Shown: positions 13,377-27,694, numbered from the stretch's first letter. The stretch is 64,000 nt of DNA from Octopus sinensis (GCF_006345805.1 NC_042998.1:120032001-120096000), one strand, 5' to 3'. The notes: generated by a model from the letters alone, not told the origin. Numbers and translations: made by a program.

Positions 13377-13890
13377 AACACACATACATGTTTACATACA
13401 TATATATTTACATACATACACAAAGAAGCACACACATATATGAATGGATGAATGGATGGATGGATCTCCATCAGTTTTCTTGATGAATTTTCAGTTATTT
13501 GACCAATTTACTTAAGTGAATTAACTGCTCATTAAATTAAATTAGTAAGTGGCTAAGTACTCCACAGACACCTGTAGCCTTAATGAAATCCGTAGGCAGA
13601 ATCAGCATGATATAGTGAATGACAAGGCTGTATCTTTCAAATTACAGATACAATCCAACCGACAAGCTTCTATACAGTTTCCAGCTATCCAATTTCACTC
13701 ACAAGCTATGAGTTGACCTGGAGTGATGGAAAATGACATTTTCCCATGATGTCTTGTAGTAGAGTCGAAACTTCATGGTCAAAAAGTGAACTTCTTACCT
13801 ATTCAGCCATATTGCCTGTGATAATTTGCACCTGCTAAGTCACCATTTATGCTCTCTTCCTTGTCTCTTTGATAACTCACTGATATACTA

Positions 13891-14102
13891 ATTTCAAATT
13901 TTGGCACAAGGCCAGCAACTTCAGGGGAGGAGATAAGTTGATTACATCGACCCCAGTACTCAACTGGCACTTATTTTATTGGTTCCAAAAGGATGAAAGG
14001 CAAAGTCAACCTTGGTGTAATTTGAACCCAGAATGTGAAGATGAACAAAATACTGCAAAGCATTTTGCCCAGCATGTTAACAATTCTGCCGGTTCACACC
14101 TT
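13891..14102 (-). mobile_element. tRNA-SINE type B
   Basis: Reverse copy of the type B consensus. Confidence 0.75.
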
Positions 14103-14969
14103 AAAAATAATAAAATATTAAAATAATAAAATGGGAGAATGATAAAATGTCTGTCAGTTTATGAGATTAGAACTTAATCTGAATTTTCAGGGTGTTCAGG
14201 CTGAGAGTACTCCCACTGAACATGGTACTAGTTTGTCACATGGTTTGCCCATCAAGTACTGGTACTCATTTAAATTAGTGTAGTGGAGTAATATGAAATG
14301 AGTGCCTAGCTCAAGGATACAACATACTGCTTGATGAAATGGTAAGAATTGAACAAACGGTACCATAGTAAAATTATAAAATTGTGATAAAATTATCAAA
14401 GGGTAAAATAATTGAATGGTACAATAATAAAATGGTAAATATAGTAAAATATTGAAATGTAAAATTATAAAACAGTAAGGTGAAATATATGATAAAATAA
14501 GTAAATAATATATCAAAACAATAAAATGATAAAATGGTAATATTTAAAATAATAAAATGATAAAATGATAAAGCAATAAGATAATAAAATAATATAATGG
14601 CCAAATAGAAAATTATATTTTGTTTTTATATATGGTTTGCCAAACTCTTGATGAGAACTTGTATGTTAAAACAGATTTTGTTATATCTCACTCAGGAAGG
14701 TCATTATGTCAGTAATAAACACATGCACAGATTCTATTTCACTTCTTTTATTAATCAATTTTAGGTGGCGAGCTGGCAGAATCATGAGCACACTGAACAA
14801 AATGCTTAGTAGCATTTTTGCCTGGTGTGCTAACAACTTTGCCAGCTCACTGCCTTAGAAATGATAAAAAAATAAATGGTAATTTGGTTCCTGTCCCCCT
14901 ATCATACTTTTACCTCCCTCATTACTCTACGCAGCTCAGTAGAGGAGCTTGTATTGAGAGTACAAAATA

Positions 14970-15180
14970 GCAACATTGTGCTGGTGCCATGAGAAAAAGT
15001 ACCCAGTACAATCTGTAAAGTGATTGTATTAGGAAGAGCATCCAGCTGTAGAAACCATGGCAAAGCAGATATTAGAACTCAGCACTGTCCTCTCCTCTGG
15101 CCCATTGGTTCCCATTGAACTGTCCAATCCATGCCAGCATGGAAAACAGACATTAAATGAAGATGATGATAAAATGATGA
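14970..15180 (+). mobile_element. RTE 3' end
   Basis: GCATCCAGCTGTAGAAACCATG...CCATGCCAGCATGGAAAACAGACATTAAATGA. Confidence 0.7.
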
Positions 15181-15685
15181 AATAGAAATGTAACAATATG
15201 ATAAAAACGGTAAAATATTGAAATGGTAAAATAATAAAAGGGTAAAAATGAAAAAATTCTAATATGATCAAATGAATCAGTTAATGTGAGTCTTAAAAAA
15301 AAAAAAAAAACTGAATGTCAGCCGAAATGAATAGAAAGAATTCAACAAGGAGCAACAATATTTAATCCAGGATGATAGGGAAAGAGTCAAATATATTGAA
15401 TGTAATCTTGTGTTTTGATTAAGAATTAAAATTTAAACCTAAGCTTTTAGCATTTTTGAAGTATATAGAAGGATCATGGGGAGAATTATTGTTGCTTTTG
15501 TTGCTACCGCATTGTTGTTGCTACTATGTTTGTTGTTGTGGTTGCTTCTATTGCTGTTGTATTTGTTTTTGGCGTACTTCTGTTGTAGTATTTTGCGAGA
15601 TTGTACTGCTATCATTGATAAAAAGTTGCCATTTGATATGTTGTTACTATTGTCCCTCATAGATAAACACACTCACATATATTCA

Positions 15686-15738
<53 letters not shown>

Positions 15739-15896
15739 GTGCATGTGCGCGTGCGTGTGCATGCGTGTGTGTGTGCATGTGTGTGATTGCGTTTGTGTGT
15801 ATAATTTTAGTTCATCTAAGCAAGTATTTCATCACTGAAAGTGCACAGCAATTCAATAGTTGCTTATTGCCATGGCTTTCTATTGATGTGAAGTAA

Positions 15897-16121
15897 CCCT
15901 TTCACATTTAAACTTGCCATATCCAGTCCAAATATTCTATCTGTTTTATGCTCAAATTGGCCTTTCACACTTACTGTACAATGTCAATTTAAAAATAAGC
16001 AATCACATCCTCAACAACCACATCCCCAAAATCTTGAAGCTACAAGATAATGCATGATTAATTCAAAGCAATGTGAATAAATGAGTATTACATTTGACAG
16101 AGTAATCTGAATGTTAAAGTG
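15897..16121. mobile_element. piggyBac-like MITE
   Basis: GTAA|CCCTTTCACATT ... AATGTTAAAGTG|TTAA: short imperfect CCC-type TIRs and a TTAA-like target. Confidence 0.5.
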
Positions 16122-16559
16122 TTAAACAAATAGGAAAGAGGGACCTCAAATAAGGTATGGAATATTTACCACAAGTTACCTTGTGGGACATTGAGATGTT
16201 TCAGTAACCACCTATCTTGTCAGTCACTTTTGAGCCTATGAAAGTCATTCATTTAGCCATATAGCCAGACAACATATAGCAGTTGTTGATGATCAAAATG
16301 GCTGCTTTATACATACATACATACATACATACATACATACATACATACATACATACATACATACATACATACATACATACCTACATACACACACACACAT
16401 ATATACATACACACATACACACATACATACATACGTATGTATGTATGTATATATGTATGTATGCATATAAATTGTGTGTACAAGTAGATAATAGATGTAC
16501 CACTACTGTTATGTTTAGAGTGCCATGTAAATTTTAATAATTTAGTCTGCTTTTTGAAT

Positions 16560-17190
16560 ATCATTATCATCATCATCATCACCGTCATTTAATATCTGTT
16601 TTCCATGCTGGCATTGGTTGGATGGTTTTACAGGCTTTGGCCAACTGAAGAGCTGCCTGGGCTCCATGTCTATTTTGGTATGGTTTCTATGGCTGGATGC
16701 CCTTTCTAATGCCAACCACTTTACAGTGTGTAGTGGGTGCTTTTATGCAGTACTGGCATGGTTGCCTTTATGTAGCAGTGGCATGGGTGCTTTTTACATA
16801 ATACCAGCACCCTGAGCCCACATGATTAGGAACACTCAGCAGAAGAGGGATGCAGGAGACATGCCTGTATGCAAGGACAACCATGATTTTACTTAGCTTG
16901 ATGTGACTTCTCAAGCACAGCAAACTGCCAGGAGTCTTGATTCCCTGTCATCCCCTCTGTGAGGCCCAATGTCTGAAAATCCTTTCTCACCACTTTGTCC
17001 CACATCTTCCTGAGTCTATCCCTTCTACATGTTCCCTCCACTATTTAGGAAAGATACATCTTGATACAATTGTCTTCATTCATACTCATAACATGACTGC
17101 ACCAGTGTAGTCTTTTCTCTTATACACTACATTTGCTGCCTCATACACCCAGCTTTTCTCTCAAATTGCTTACACCCTTATGTATATGGA
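16560..17190 (-). mobile_element. RTE LINE 3' fragment
   Basis: Reverse of the GRLRKMWDKVVRK-like C-terminus, followed by the family terminus and (GAT)n. Confidence 0.65.
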
Positions 17191-17247
17191 CAGTTGTATA
17201 TAACTTCTATACTCCATAGTATTACTAGTTATGAGCTGTAGAGCAAA

Positions 17248-17470
17248 TATAGGAAAAATAAGGATAAACATAACTTTATATTAAAAGTTCCTACGTATAT
17301 TTTCCCATTATGGTTGTTTGGAGTCCTGTGATAGATTTTCCAAGTGCATATAGATGCTCAACCATAATGGATCTTCAGGGAACATATATAGTTGAGTTCC
17401 GAACAACCATAATGGTAAAATGCGAATGAGAACTTTAATATTAACTTTGTTTATCCTTATTTTTCATATA
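17248..17470. mobile_element. Fold-back element (inverted PLE-like termini)
   Basis: Imperfect arms about 17248-17325 and 17395-17470; the spacer has CTGAAGA...GAAA on the minus strand. Confidence 0.55.
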
Positions 17471-17799
17471 CATATCGTTGTTGTCATTGTCTTCTTCTTC
17501 TTCTTCTTCTTCTTCTTCTTCTTCTTCTTCCAATCAGGACTCATGCCATTAGTCACAAAGAATAATCTCTAATTCGAGCTTACTCTATGCTACTAAGAAT
17601 GTGTGTGGCAGCTGGAAGATCCACCCACCATATGCGATAGACTGGCAGTTGCACGGGCGCGAAAGCTACGTTGTTATCCTCATTCCGTAAATAGTGGCTT
17701 TTAATGGGAGGAGAGTTAACCATCCTGAGGTACAGAGGATTTGCAATCTAGACTAGGGTCTGAAAGTTTACCACACCGTGATTCCTCTGCTTTGTGGCA

Positions 17800-17992
17800 G
17801 AAGTAGGAAAAAAGAGTGAGAGCAGTTGTGGTGAAAGAGTACAGCGGGGTTCACCACTACCCCCCGCCAGAGCCTCGTGGAGCTTAGGTGTTTTTGCTCA
17901 ATAAACACTTACAATGCCTGGTCTGGGAATCGAATCTGCGTTCTTATGACTGCGAGTCCGCTGCCCTAACCACTGGGCCATTGCGCCTCCAC
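17800..17992 (-). mobile_element. tRNA-derived SINE type C (Octopus OK/OR-like head)
   Basis: GGAGGCGCAATGGCCCAGTGGTTAGGGC...GATTCGATTCCC A/B boxes followed by a non-tRNA body. Confidence 0.7.
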
Positions 17993-18449
17993 TATTGTTG
18001 CTGTTGTCCTTGTCGTCCTTGTCATCATAGTCATTGTCATCATCGTCATCATTGTTGTCATCGTCGCCCTCCTCCTCATCATCATCATCATAATCACCAC
18101 GACCACCTTGACCATCACCACCACCACCATCACCATCATCATCAACATCATCATCATCATTCCTTAACAGCCATTTTCCGTGCTGGCTGGTATGGGTTGG
18201 ATGGTTTGACCAGAGCTGACAAGCTGAAGAGCTGCACCAGGTTCCAGACTGATTTAACTGAGTGTACTGAGGACTTTTAATGTGGAACCAGCACAAGCAT
18301 TCCTATGCAGCACTGGCACAAGTGCTTTTCACATAACACTGGCACAGGACTCACATACTCATACATACACACACACACGTACACACACACACACACACAC
18401 CACACACACACACACACACCACACACACACACACATACACACACACACA

Positions 18450-18499
<50 letters not shown>

Positions 18500-19304
18500 A
18501 CACACACACACACTCACACATAATTAACAAATCAATTGTTTGATTAATCATTTGGTCAATCAATCAGCTAGCTTTTTTAAAGTCCTTTTGTTGCCATGGA
18601 TTTTAGGAACTATAGCTACACTACAGTTCATGAAGCCAAAGTTGGGAAAGAAGGAAATGCCATCCACATGCATACCTCATCATTTATATCACTTTATCCA
18701 GAACTACATTTAACCAATTTTTTCCTCCATATTTCAAAAAATTGCACTGTGTGGTTTGGATGACATCTAGTTGCTATTTCTAGCAGGTCAAGTAACACAC
18801 ATACAAACTCCCCCATTGACCAGTCAATAACGATCATATGTATTACTACTACATCCAAATATTTAAAGAAAGAAAAATCATTCTTGATGTTGGTTTTGTA
18901 ATTTTGGTTTTGTTGTCATTCTTACTGTATTGATATCCAACAATAGGCTACAAGATACAATTTCTAAAACATTTATTGGTTCTTTCAGAATAGAACTTTC
19001 TCATTACTCCTTCAGTTTTACTCAAGGCAAACATACAGATCTCTTTCACTGACACTTCTTTTCTCTCCTCCACTTCTCTTCCTCCCTCCCTCTCTTCCCT
19101 CTCTCTTCTTCCACCTCCCCCTCTCTCTTCATCCCCCCTCTCTTAATTATATTTTACAGCAATCTTTCATCTTTACAATCTCCACCATATATTTTTTCCT
19201 CTTCTCAACACATCTCGAACATTTGCTGTTGATATTTTCTCAGTAACTTGCAATATCTTCAATAAGATCTCTTGCTATCTTATTGTATATCTTAATTCAG
19301 AATG

Positions 19305-19344
<40 letters not shown>

Positions 19345-19370
19345 TGTATGCATGCATATATGCATGTATG

Positions 19371-19404
<34 letters not shown>

Positions 19405-19545
19405 TGTATGTATGTATGTATGTATGTATGTATGTATGTGTGTATGTGTGTATGTATGTGTATATATGTACATATATGTATGTGTATATATATATCTATT
19501 TATGCTTATTTATATATGTATATATATATATATATGAATATATAC

Positions 19546-19579
<34 letters not shown>

Positions 19580-19718
19580 ATGAATATATACATATATATG
19601 TATATGTATATATATATATATGAGTTTGATCTGAGAACATAATCTTTTGTGGTGAATGGCGATTTGACGTCTATATCTAGCATGTTGACTGTCCACTTTT
19701 CGTGTTCAGTCCTTAATT

Positions 19719-19785
<67 letters not shown>

Positions 19786-20739
19786 TATATAGCGAGAGAG
19801 AGAGAGAGAGAGAGAGAGATAGATAGATATATATATACATAGATACATACACACATACTCATAATACATATACATAAATACATGCATGTACACACATATA
19901 TGCACACTCATACACATATATTACATAGATACATACATAGATACTCAAACACACTTATTTGTATATGTATATATATATGTTCATATATGGACATATTAAT
20001 ATATATATATATTCTTGTTTATATACACACACATGCACATGCATGCATGCATGCACACACACACACACACACACTTCATAATAATTTAACACCCACTTTT
20101 CTATGCTTACAGGGATCATATGTATGTGTGTATATGTATGCATGTGTGTGTGTGTGTATGTGTGTGTGTGCCTGTGTGTGTATGTGTACATATAAAACTC
20201 CCAAAATTTGCTTTTGTTTCTTAAAAAATGGCATTAAAATTTAATACTTACTCTCAAGTCTTTGATGTGTTTTCTTTAAAATTAAATGATTATTAATTTT
20301 GACATCATGTCTTGTCTCTCACTTCCATATAAAATTCAATGTTACACAGTAATGTAGATCATTTCTTGAAAACAATTTATTTATTTATTTGCTTATTTAA
20401 CAATTTCACCATTTCAAACATTCTTCAAATATTTACTTCTGAACTCATGTAACACAATATCTTTCCATATTGAAATTTTTTCGGGGAAAAAATCTAGTTC
20501 CTTGTCTAGAAAATATTCTAGGAGCAACAAATAAATTTTGCTCATCAATCCCCATGAATGCATTTACTCATAGATATTGCCAAACCAATGTATTACTTGA
20601 ATTTTATGCTTTATTTTTCCATACTGTTGCATTTGGTAATCAAAGTTATTTTAATAATGAAATTTAATTAGATTAATCAAACACAGATGGGAATAATTTT
20701 ATGGATGTCTGTTGGAAGTGAAGTGTTTAATTTAAGCTG

Positions 20740-20960
20740 ATGAGAGAGGGAGCCTCTGAAGTGTTGTATGACCTACTAGAAATAACAACCAAATTTCTCT
20801 CAAGTCATACACTAACACCTTAAAAAAAAGGGCAATTTACACTGGATAATGTAGTATCAGATTAATTATTCCTGAAAACAAGAAATTGTGGTAACAACTA
20901 AAAGGCATAGCTGTTCAACTGGGGCTGACTTGGGGCTAAAGAAAAACAAGAACAACAATG
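20740..20960 (+). repeat. Old SINE/LINE-tail family (CTGCTAGAAATAGCAGCCAAATCTCC motif)
   Basis: Motif recurs near 18770(-), 19670(-), 21345(-), 24800(-), 24875(+) and 31440(+). Confidence 0.5.
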
Positions 20961-22079
20961 ATAATGTGATGATGATGATAATGGTGACGACATTAATGAT
21001 GATGACAATGATAACAATAACAGCAAAATCAAAGTATTTCTTTATGCACAAATAAGTTTTATGCTACAAGTTAAGCTATATGCTACAAGTGTAATGTTAC
21101 AAGATAGTGAGACATCAGATATGGAAAAATCTGAAGAAAAATAAACTGAGGATAATTTATTGAGTATATGTGAGCTGAGAGCATACAATAGTTATAAAGA
21201 CATCAGCTGATGTTGTTTGGATCCAGCTATTATCAAAGATGCTCCAGTGTGACTACTCCCGTCTCTTTTAGACGTTGGGTAACCTTGGCTAATATTATTC
21301 ATTGAGTTCTTTTTTTAAAATATGTCTGATTGGGGCACAAGGGAGATTTGGTTGCTTTTTCTAGAAGGTCAAGCACCATGCAGAGGTTCCTATGTTGGTT
21401 GATACAGGCAGAATAAATACATCAATATGTGTATTAATTTATAAATGTATATAACTACACACATGAAGAGAAACTGTTCAAAAAACTTTTATTTCAATAC
21501 CATTGATATGCTCCATATGGGTGCATGTGCATGTGTTGTGTGTGTGTGGTGGGGTGCACCTATATACCAATAATCCTGAAATAAAATCTCTTTGAGTAAC
21601 ATCCTGTATATCTTCACGTAAAGGACTTCAATAACAAACTTTATGCATGCTATAAGAATGTAGAAATATTCCAAAATCATATATGGAGTATTGATGTATA
21701 TCACAACTAGAAATCTAGATAATACCAGGAAATATGACCACCGGTTACGCATCAATTCAATACAAGGATACTAAAACATATCAAGGTCATTGACTCATTG
21801 GTTAACTATTATTAGTGTCTCAATAAACACAACCAAGAGGTTTGGTTTCATGTCACTATTAAGGAGAGAATACATTGGATTGAAAATACTGATGAGTATG
21901 ACAAAATCCAGAATGTCATGAACTCACTGAATGTAAAAGAATTTTACAAATGAATTTTAACAATCAGAGTTTAAAATGAAAGAAATTCAACTTACAAATG
22001 TGATTACTTATACTGAGGGAGAGAGAGAGGGGGAGGGAGAGAGAGAGAGAGGTTTACAACAATAGATGCTTGCTCTCAT

Positions 22080-23390
22080 GTGCATTGCTTAAGAGTGATG
22101 AAAGCTATTTTACCTAGGCTAATCGCCTTGTGGACTTGAAGGCACTACAGGAGTTTTGGGCAATAGATTGGTTGTACAAAAGCTTTAAAAAATTTTCTTT
22201 GCATTGTTTGTATCATCATTGGATTTTGTCTTCTGATGCCAGTTATCATTTGTGGCCCATAGTTATATATTTATTTTTTCTGGAGAGCACTGGTGCATGA
22301 ATGTAGAATATCAGTTTTTTAGTATGAGTTGAAGTCTTTGCTAACAGCTTCAAATAGATTTCTTTCTCTTGAAGAAAGCCTTGGATTTCTTGGATATTTT
22401 CATCAAACCAGTCCAGGTAATGTCTACTTGGAGCCTGAAGTATTTTAGCGTTCTATGTCATCAGGATTGAAAGTCATTCTTTAGTCTTTCAGAAATGGCT
22501 TCTGAGAAGGCTTTTTGAACAATGACTTAAAACTCTACATCTTCAGCTTCCTTGATGGTAGCTTATGCTGAGGACATCTGTTGCTCCTGAATTTCATTTT
22601 TACTAACAATGAGTCTATGACCAGTACTGCATTCAGCTTCATGCTTAGATTTTGTTATCACACCTTCTTATAATTATGTTGTTCAGCAGATGCCAGTGCT
22701 TGGAGTAAGAACATATTCAAGATGTTTTGTATCTCACTAAAAAATAAAAGTTTGTATTAGTTAAAAAGAGGTTGTGTTCAGCACATTTTGTGAAAAGGAG
22801 GAGGTCATTGCTATTACATGAACTCACTGCAGGATGGCCATTCACATGAAGCCATACAGCCATAACTCCATTCTGGCACTGAAACTACAAACTAAAAACA
22901 GCTTATCTGAGATAAGCTATTTTGCTTGACAGCTTCAATGCCAGAGTGGTGCTACATAGGTCTGACATAGCTGAAAACATGAATTCAAGGTTACAGTAAA
23001 ACTGATCATTTGTCCTACCTGAACAAGGCATGGTGGGAACAATTTATTAATTCTTCTTTCCAAGTAGAATTCTCTGAGACAGGATTTTAGTATTTATTTC
23101 CTTGGGGATAGATTCCAGTTGAGAAGCAAAAAAAAAAATAATGTTAAGAGAAGCCAACATAGCTTACTTAAGTTTCTGTCTTCCCTGTAGCCATCCAGAA
23201 GAATGTATAACCTACACTCCTTTCAACTGACACTCTTCAGTAAGTTGAGTCTTACAGGGTGTAACTATATCCAGATTATAATGAGGAAGTTCCAGGGCAA
23301 TTTGTACCATTCTTCTTCTTGGATTGTCTTTATTTTAGAGGTTTTGAATGTTCCATGATTCCATTCTCAATAAAAATAATTTTTTCAAAG
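22080..23390 (-). mobile_element. RTE/BovB-like LINE AP-endonuclease region
   Basis: Minus-strand SWNIQNL*NKDNPRRRMVQIALELPHYNLDIV...GYTFFW resembles the RTE endonuclease N-terminus. Confidence 0.75.
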
Positions 23391-23930
23391 TCTTCATGCA
23401 ACTTATGGCCCAATTCATAAGAATATTTTGCATCTCACAGCAGATGTAAATACATCTATCACAGATGAAGAGCAGTGTACAAAAGATAGGCTGAGCACTT
23501 TCAGAATGTTCTGTACAAACTATCCAATATAAACATGGAACCTATTAATAATCAAATGCAAATTCTCATTAACACAATTCTTGATGGAGTTCCTATGGAT
23601 TTTTTGAAATTAGTGAAATATACACCTACAGTGGCGAAACACTCACTGGAAACTAAACAATTTTCCTTGGTATGGTCAGCAGGCTTCATTCCCTAAGAAC
23701 TAAAAGATGTTGCTATAATTCACCCATGAAAAAAAAAAGTGACAGGCAATCATGTGACAATTAAACATTTCCTTCTTGTCAATAGCCAGCAAAATCTTGG
23801 TAAGAACATTTCTGAATCAATCTTGTTCAGTATCTTACTGTTAACAATCTCTTGCCAGAAAGCTAATGTAGAATCTGTTGTGAAAGGGACATTATTAATA
23901 TGACCTTTGCAGTAAGACAGATTCAAACAG
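23391..23930 (+). mobile_element. RTE/BovB-like LINE EN-RT linker and RT start
   Basis: TYGP...AEHFQNVL...ELKDVAIIH..KKSDRQSCDN..ISFLSIASKILVR. Confidence 0.7.
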
Positions 23931-25866
23931 GCTCTTTGGTTCAAGTAGAAAACACAATTTTGCTAAAACTTTATCATTTTAGCATCAAAAAACCAAGGAG
24001 AAAGTCCACATAATCCAGTATTTAAATTTCCTTTTATATTTACCATTTCTTAGTGGAAATAAAGTAAAACAACATCAACTGTATAGAAAATTATTTGTAT
24101 CTAACAACACTAGTAATATATCATCTATAACATATTAAATAATAATTTGAAACAACATTGGGGAATACCGAATCTTATTTTTATTTTATCTGGTGCAACT
24201 CAATTATAATGATTTGTATTAGATCTAGAATATGATCCAATAAGCACAAGTTATGATTTAGCCACAAAAATCCACATGTCTATGGATTAAGAAGTCATCT
24301 TCCACAGATGGAAAGTAAATTTCTCAATAAGAAACTTATTTGTCGAAGCTAATTAGTGAATGTTCTCTACAACTGGCTGAACTTAGATAGTTCTCCCAGA
24401 GGCACAATGTAAACTCTGTAGCAGTTATAAGTTCAGGAACCCTGATTTAGCAATCCAGTTATATATTATCTACCGAACCAATTCCTCTCAAAGCTGGATG
24501 TGTGTGTTACTTAGTAATTAGAGCATGAGACAGATTTCCAAAAATGTTAATATGTAGCATTAATATCAGCTTACATTTTTATCTTACTTCTTACTGTCTA
24601 TTCTTCTTACTGTTAAATATTGCACTTCTCTTTCTGTTGCTACCTTTTGGCCACCAGTCACCTCTGACTAAGCATACCAAATAATTAAAGACGTTCTATC
24701 CATGATTTTCCTGACTTTTTCCTGTGTAGTAGAACTGGAATTACATTTTCTAATATTCCTATGGGTTTTTTAAAAAAAATACCTGCCTATGATTTTAGGG
24801 AGATTTGCTGCTATTTCTTACAGGTCAACCAAAAGTTCTAACAATTATATATATATCTTCATAGTTACTTAATCTGCTAGAAATAACAGACAAATCTCCA
24901 AATAAACTTAACTGTATTAAAAGGAAAAGACAGCTTGAGTAATGTATTCCTAGCTAGATACACTATGCCTCACAGCTGAAATACTTTGTATTGTGGGTCT
25001 ATTCAGACCTGGGTCCAAATAACAGCAGTAGCAGCAGCAGCAGTGGCAGCAGCATGTTGAGGTTGTCTTGAATTAACAGTGCCGAGGAAAAAGGGCGGGA
25101 TGCTCCACACTGGAATGCGTTTGATCAAAGATCTGCTCTGTCAAAGTTGACCCCAGGTTAAAGAATTACTAACAATAAGCAGCAGCAGCAGCAGCAACAA
25201 CAACAACAACCACAATAACAAAATCAATAACAATAACAATAGTATTACCCCCAATTGAAAGGCTTGACATTGTGGATTCCACATTTATTTACATTCTGCA
25301 TTAGAATGAACTGGGAATCTGACTCGTCATAAATAAAATAAAAAAAAAAATGAGTCTTTTACATTGTAATGCTATGACTAAGATCAGTTCAGTTCTTTTC
25401 AAGTGCTTTATAGACACAGAGTTCCTAATGTATGTGTGTGCATGAATATGTGTGTGTGTGTGTGCGTGCGCCCATATGTACGTGTGTGTGTGTATGCATT
25501 AAAATAATGATTACTGCCCTTATTCACTCAGTAGATTCCATCAGCTTCTGTGACCGCTATTCCATCATCAACTGATTTTTCTTTCATTTTTTTCCCCCTG
25601 TTTTTCTCTTCTTTTTAAATTTATTTTATTTATATTTCTTTTTCTTTTTTTTTTTTTACTTCTGTTTTGAATTGAAAGAATGTAAAATATTTTTAGTGAT
25701 AAATTTTAAGAGAATTTTTTTTATTTTTGCAATTTAAAAAAAAAATATTTTTGATTTTATTTAATCTTCGGTTTTTGTCAAACTTTTTAGTAGCACAGAG
25801 AAAAACATATCAAAAGAGCTTCAAAGAAAGCACACACACACACATACACACATACGAACACACATA

Positions 25867-25908
<42 letters not shown>

Positions 25909-26510
25909 TGAACACACACAAACATGAACACACACAAACATACATGCAAGCATTTAAATATATATGTAAAAACATGTGCACATATACGTTCACCTACACA
26001 TGCATATACACACACATATATATATACATGAACACATATATACATAGACAAGGCCCACTTAAATGCAAACAGGTATTCACATACAAATACATGCACATAT
26101 ACACATTTACTCATACAATTATACAAATGTATGCATATACACACACATACATTTATACAAACATGCATACACAAAATCATACATGAACACACTTAACCAT
26201 TATTTCCAGATCACAAGCACACATAAAGATGTGCACACACACATACACACACACACACACAACACACACATTAAACATATCAAGTCAACAGATAGAAATA
26301 TCTAATACCCTTTGTAAAAATTTCTTTCCCACAATAATCAATTATTGTGAAAATAGACAACATTTTATACAAAGTAAGAGGAAGTGTCGCCCTGAAGCAT
26401 GAAAATTTTTTTTTGTGTGTGAAATTAATTCTTAATTTTTTAAAATTACCTCCTGTTTTCTTAAGCGTTTTGTTTCCTATGGAGCAGAGGCTGTCAGTAA
26501 CATTTTTTTC

Positions 26511-26770
26511 CACATTACACATGAAGCCCTGACCTGGAGCCACAAGGGAAGCGTAAGAGAGGATGTCCTAAAAATAAATGGAGATGTGATATTGAGGTAG
26601 AACTGAAAAAGCAGGGATCCAATTGGTGATAAACAGAAAAGACAGCCTCTCTTCTGCTTCCTTTATGGTTCCAGGTCAGGGCTTGATGTGTAATGTGGGA
26701 TGTTGGTTTCCTTATGATGTGGCCTACTTGTCCCCACTTTTGCTTCAGAGTCTGTTCTTTCACTGACACT
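26511..26770. mobile_element. Two RTE C-terminal fragments in inverted orientation
   Basis: Plus strand ALTW..QGKRKRG.PKNKWR; minus strand WGQVGHIIRKPTSHITHQALTWN. Confidence 0.6.
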
Positions 26771-26944
26771 TACACTCTTTTGCCACACCTGTTCATTTTT
26801 TATCTTATCCAGCCATCTAATGTACCATGTTGCAATTTTGATGTTTTTCCTGGTGGTTAGAAGAGGAGTCAGCCTTGTATCACCCTTTCAGCATTTGCTT
26901 TGCCACATCATATGTTTCCTTGAGGAAAGGCCTTCTCCCAGCTC

Positions 26945-27190
26945 TTATCTTTGTCTTTTATTTGTTTCAATCATTTGATTGCGGCCATGCTGGGGCACTG
27001 CTTTGAAGGGTTTAGTCAAACAAATCAACCTCAGGATTTTAATTTTTTTTAAAAGTCTAGTACTTATTCTATCAGTCTCTTTTGCCAAACGGCCAGGTTA
27101 TGGGTACATAAACCCACCAAAACCAGCTGTCAAGCAGTGATGGGGAGACAAATACAGACACAAAGACACACAAACACATAGATACACAAA
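26945..27190 (-). mobile_element. Partial type A SINE (3' half)
   Basis: Matches 27300-27500. Confidence 0.75.
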
Positions 27191-27202
27191 CACACACACA
27201 TG

Positions 27203-27253
<51 letters not shown>

Positions 27254-27254
27254 T

Positions 27255-27287
<33 letters not shown>

Positions 27288-27299
27288 AAATAAATATTT

Positions 27300-27694
27300 T
27301 CTCTTTCTCTTTTACTAGTTTCAGTCATTTGACTGCAGCCATGCTGGAGCACCGCCTTTAGTCGAGAAAATCGGCCCCGGGACTTATTCTTTGTAAGCCC
27401 AGTACTTATTCTATCGGTCTCTTTTGCCGAACCGCTAAGTGACGGGAACGTAAACACACCAGCATCGGCTGTCAAGCAATGCTAGGGGGACAAACACAGA
27501 CACACACACATACATATATATACATATATACGACAGGCTTCTTTCAGTTTCCGTCTACCAAATCCACTCACAAGGCATTGGTCGGCCCGGGGCTATAGCA
27601 GAAGACACTTGCCCAAGATGCCATGCAGTGGGACTGAACCCGGAACCATGTGGTTGGTTAGCAAGCTACTTACCACACAGCCACTCCTGCGCCT
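27300..27694 (-). mobile_element. tRNA-derived CORE-like SINE type A (Octopus OR-like), full length
   Basis: AGGCGCAGGAGTGGCTGTGTGGTAAG head, GGTTCAGTCCC B box, CTTGGGCAAGTGTCTTC core, internal TA/TG tract; near-identical to 36300-36696. Confidence 0.85.

Noticed and set aside
14645-14680. TTGATGAGAAC...GTTAAAAC hammerhead-like string
   Set aside because: GAAA is mutated and no stem I or III is evident
17915-17992. Possible tRNA gene
   Set aside because: A/B boxes are present but there is no clean cloverleaf and it continues into a SINE body
21600-21953. Protein-like plus-strand translation
   Set aside because: Four in-frame stops in about 115 codons and no recognisable motif
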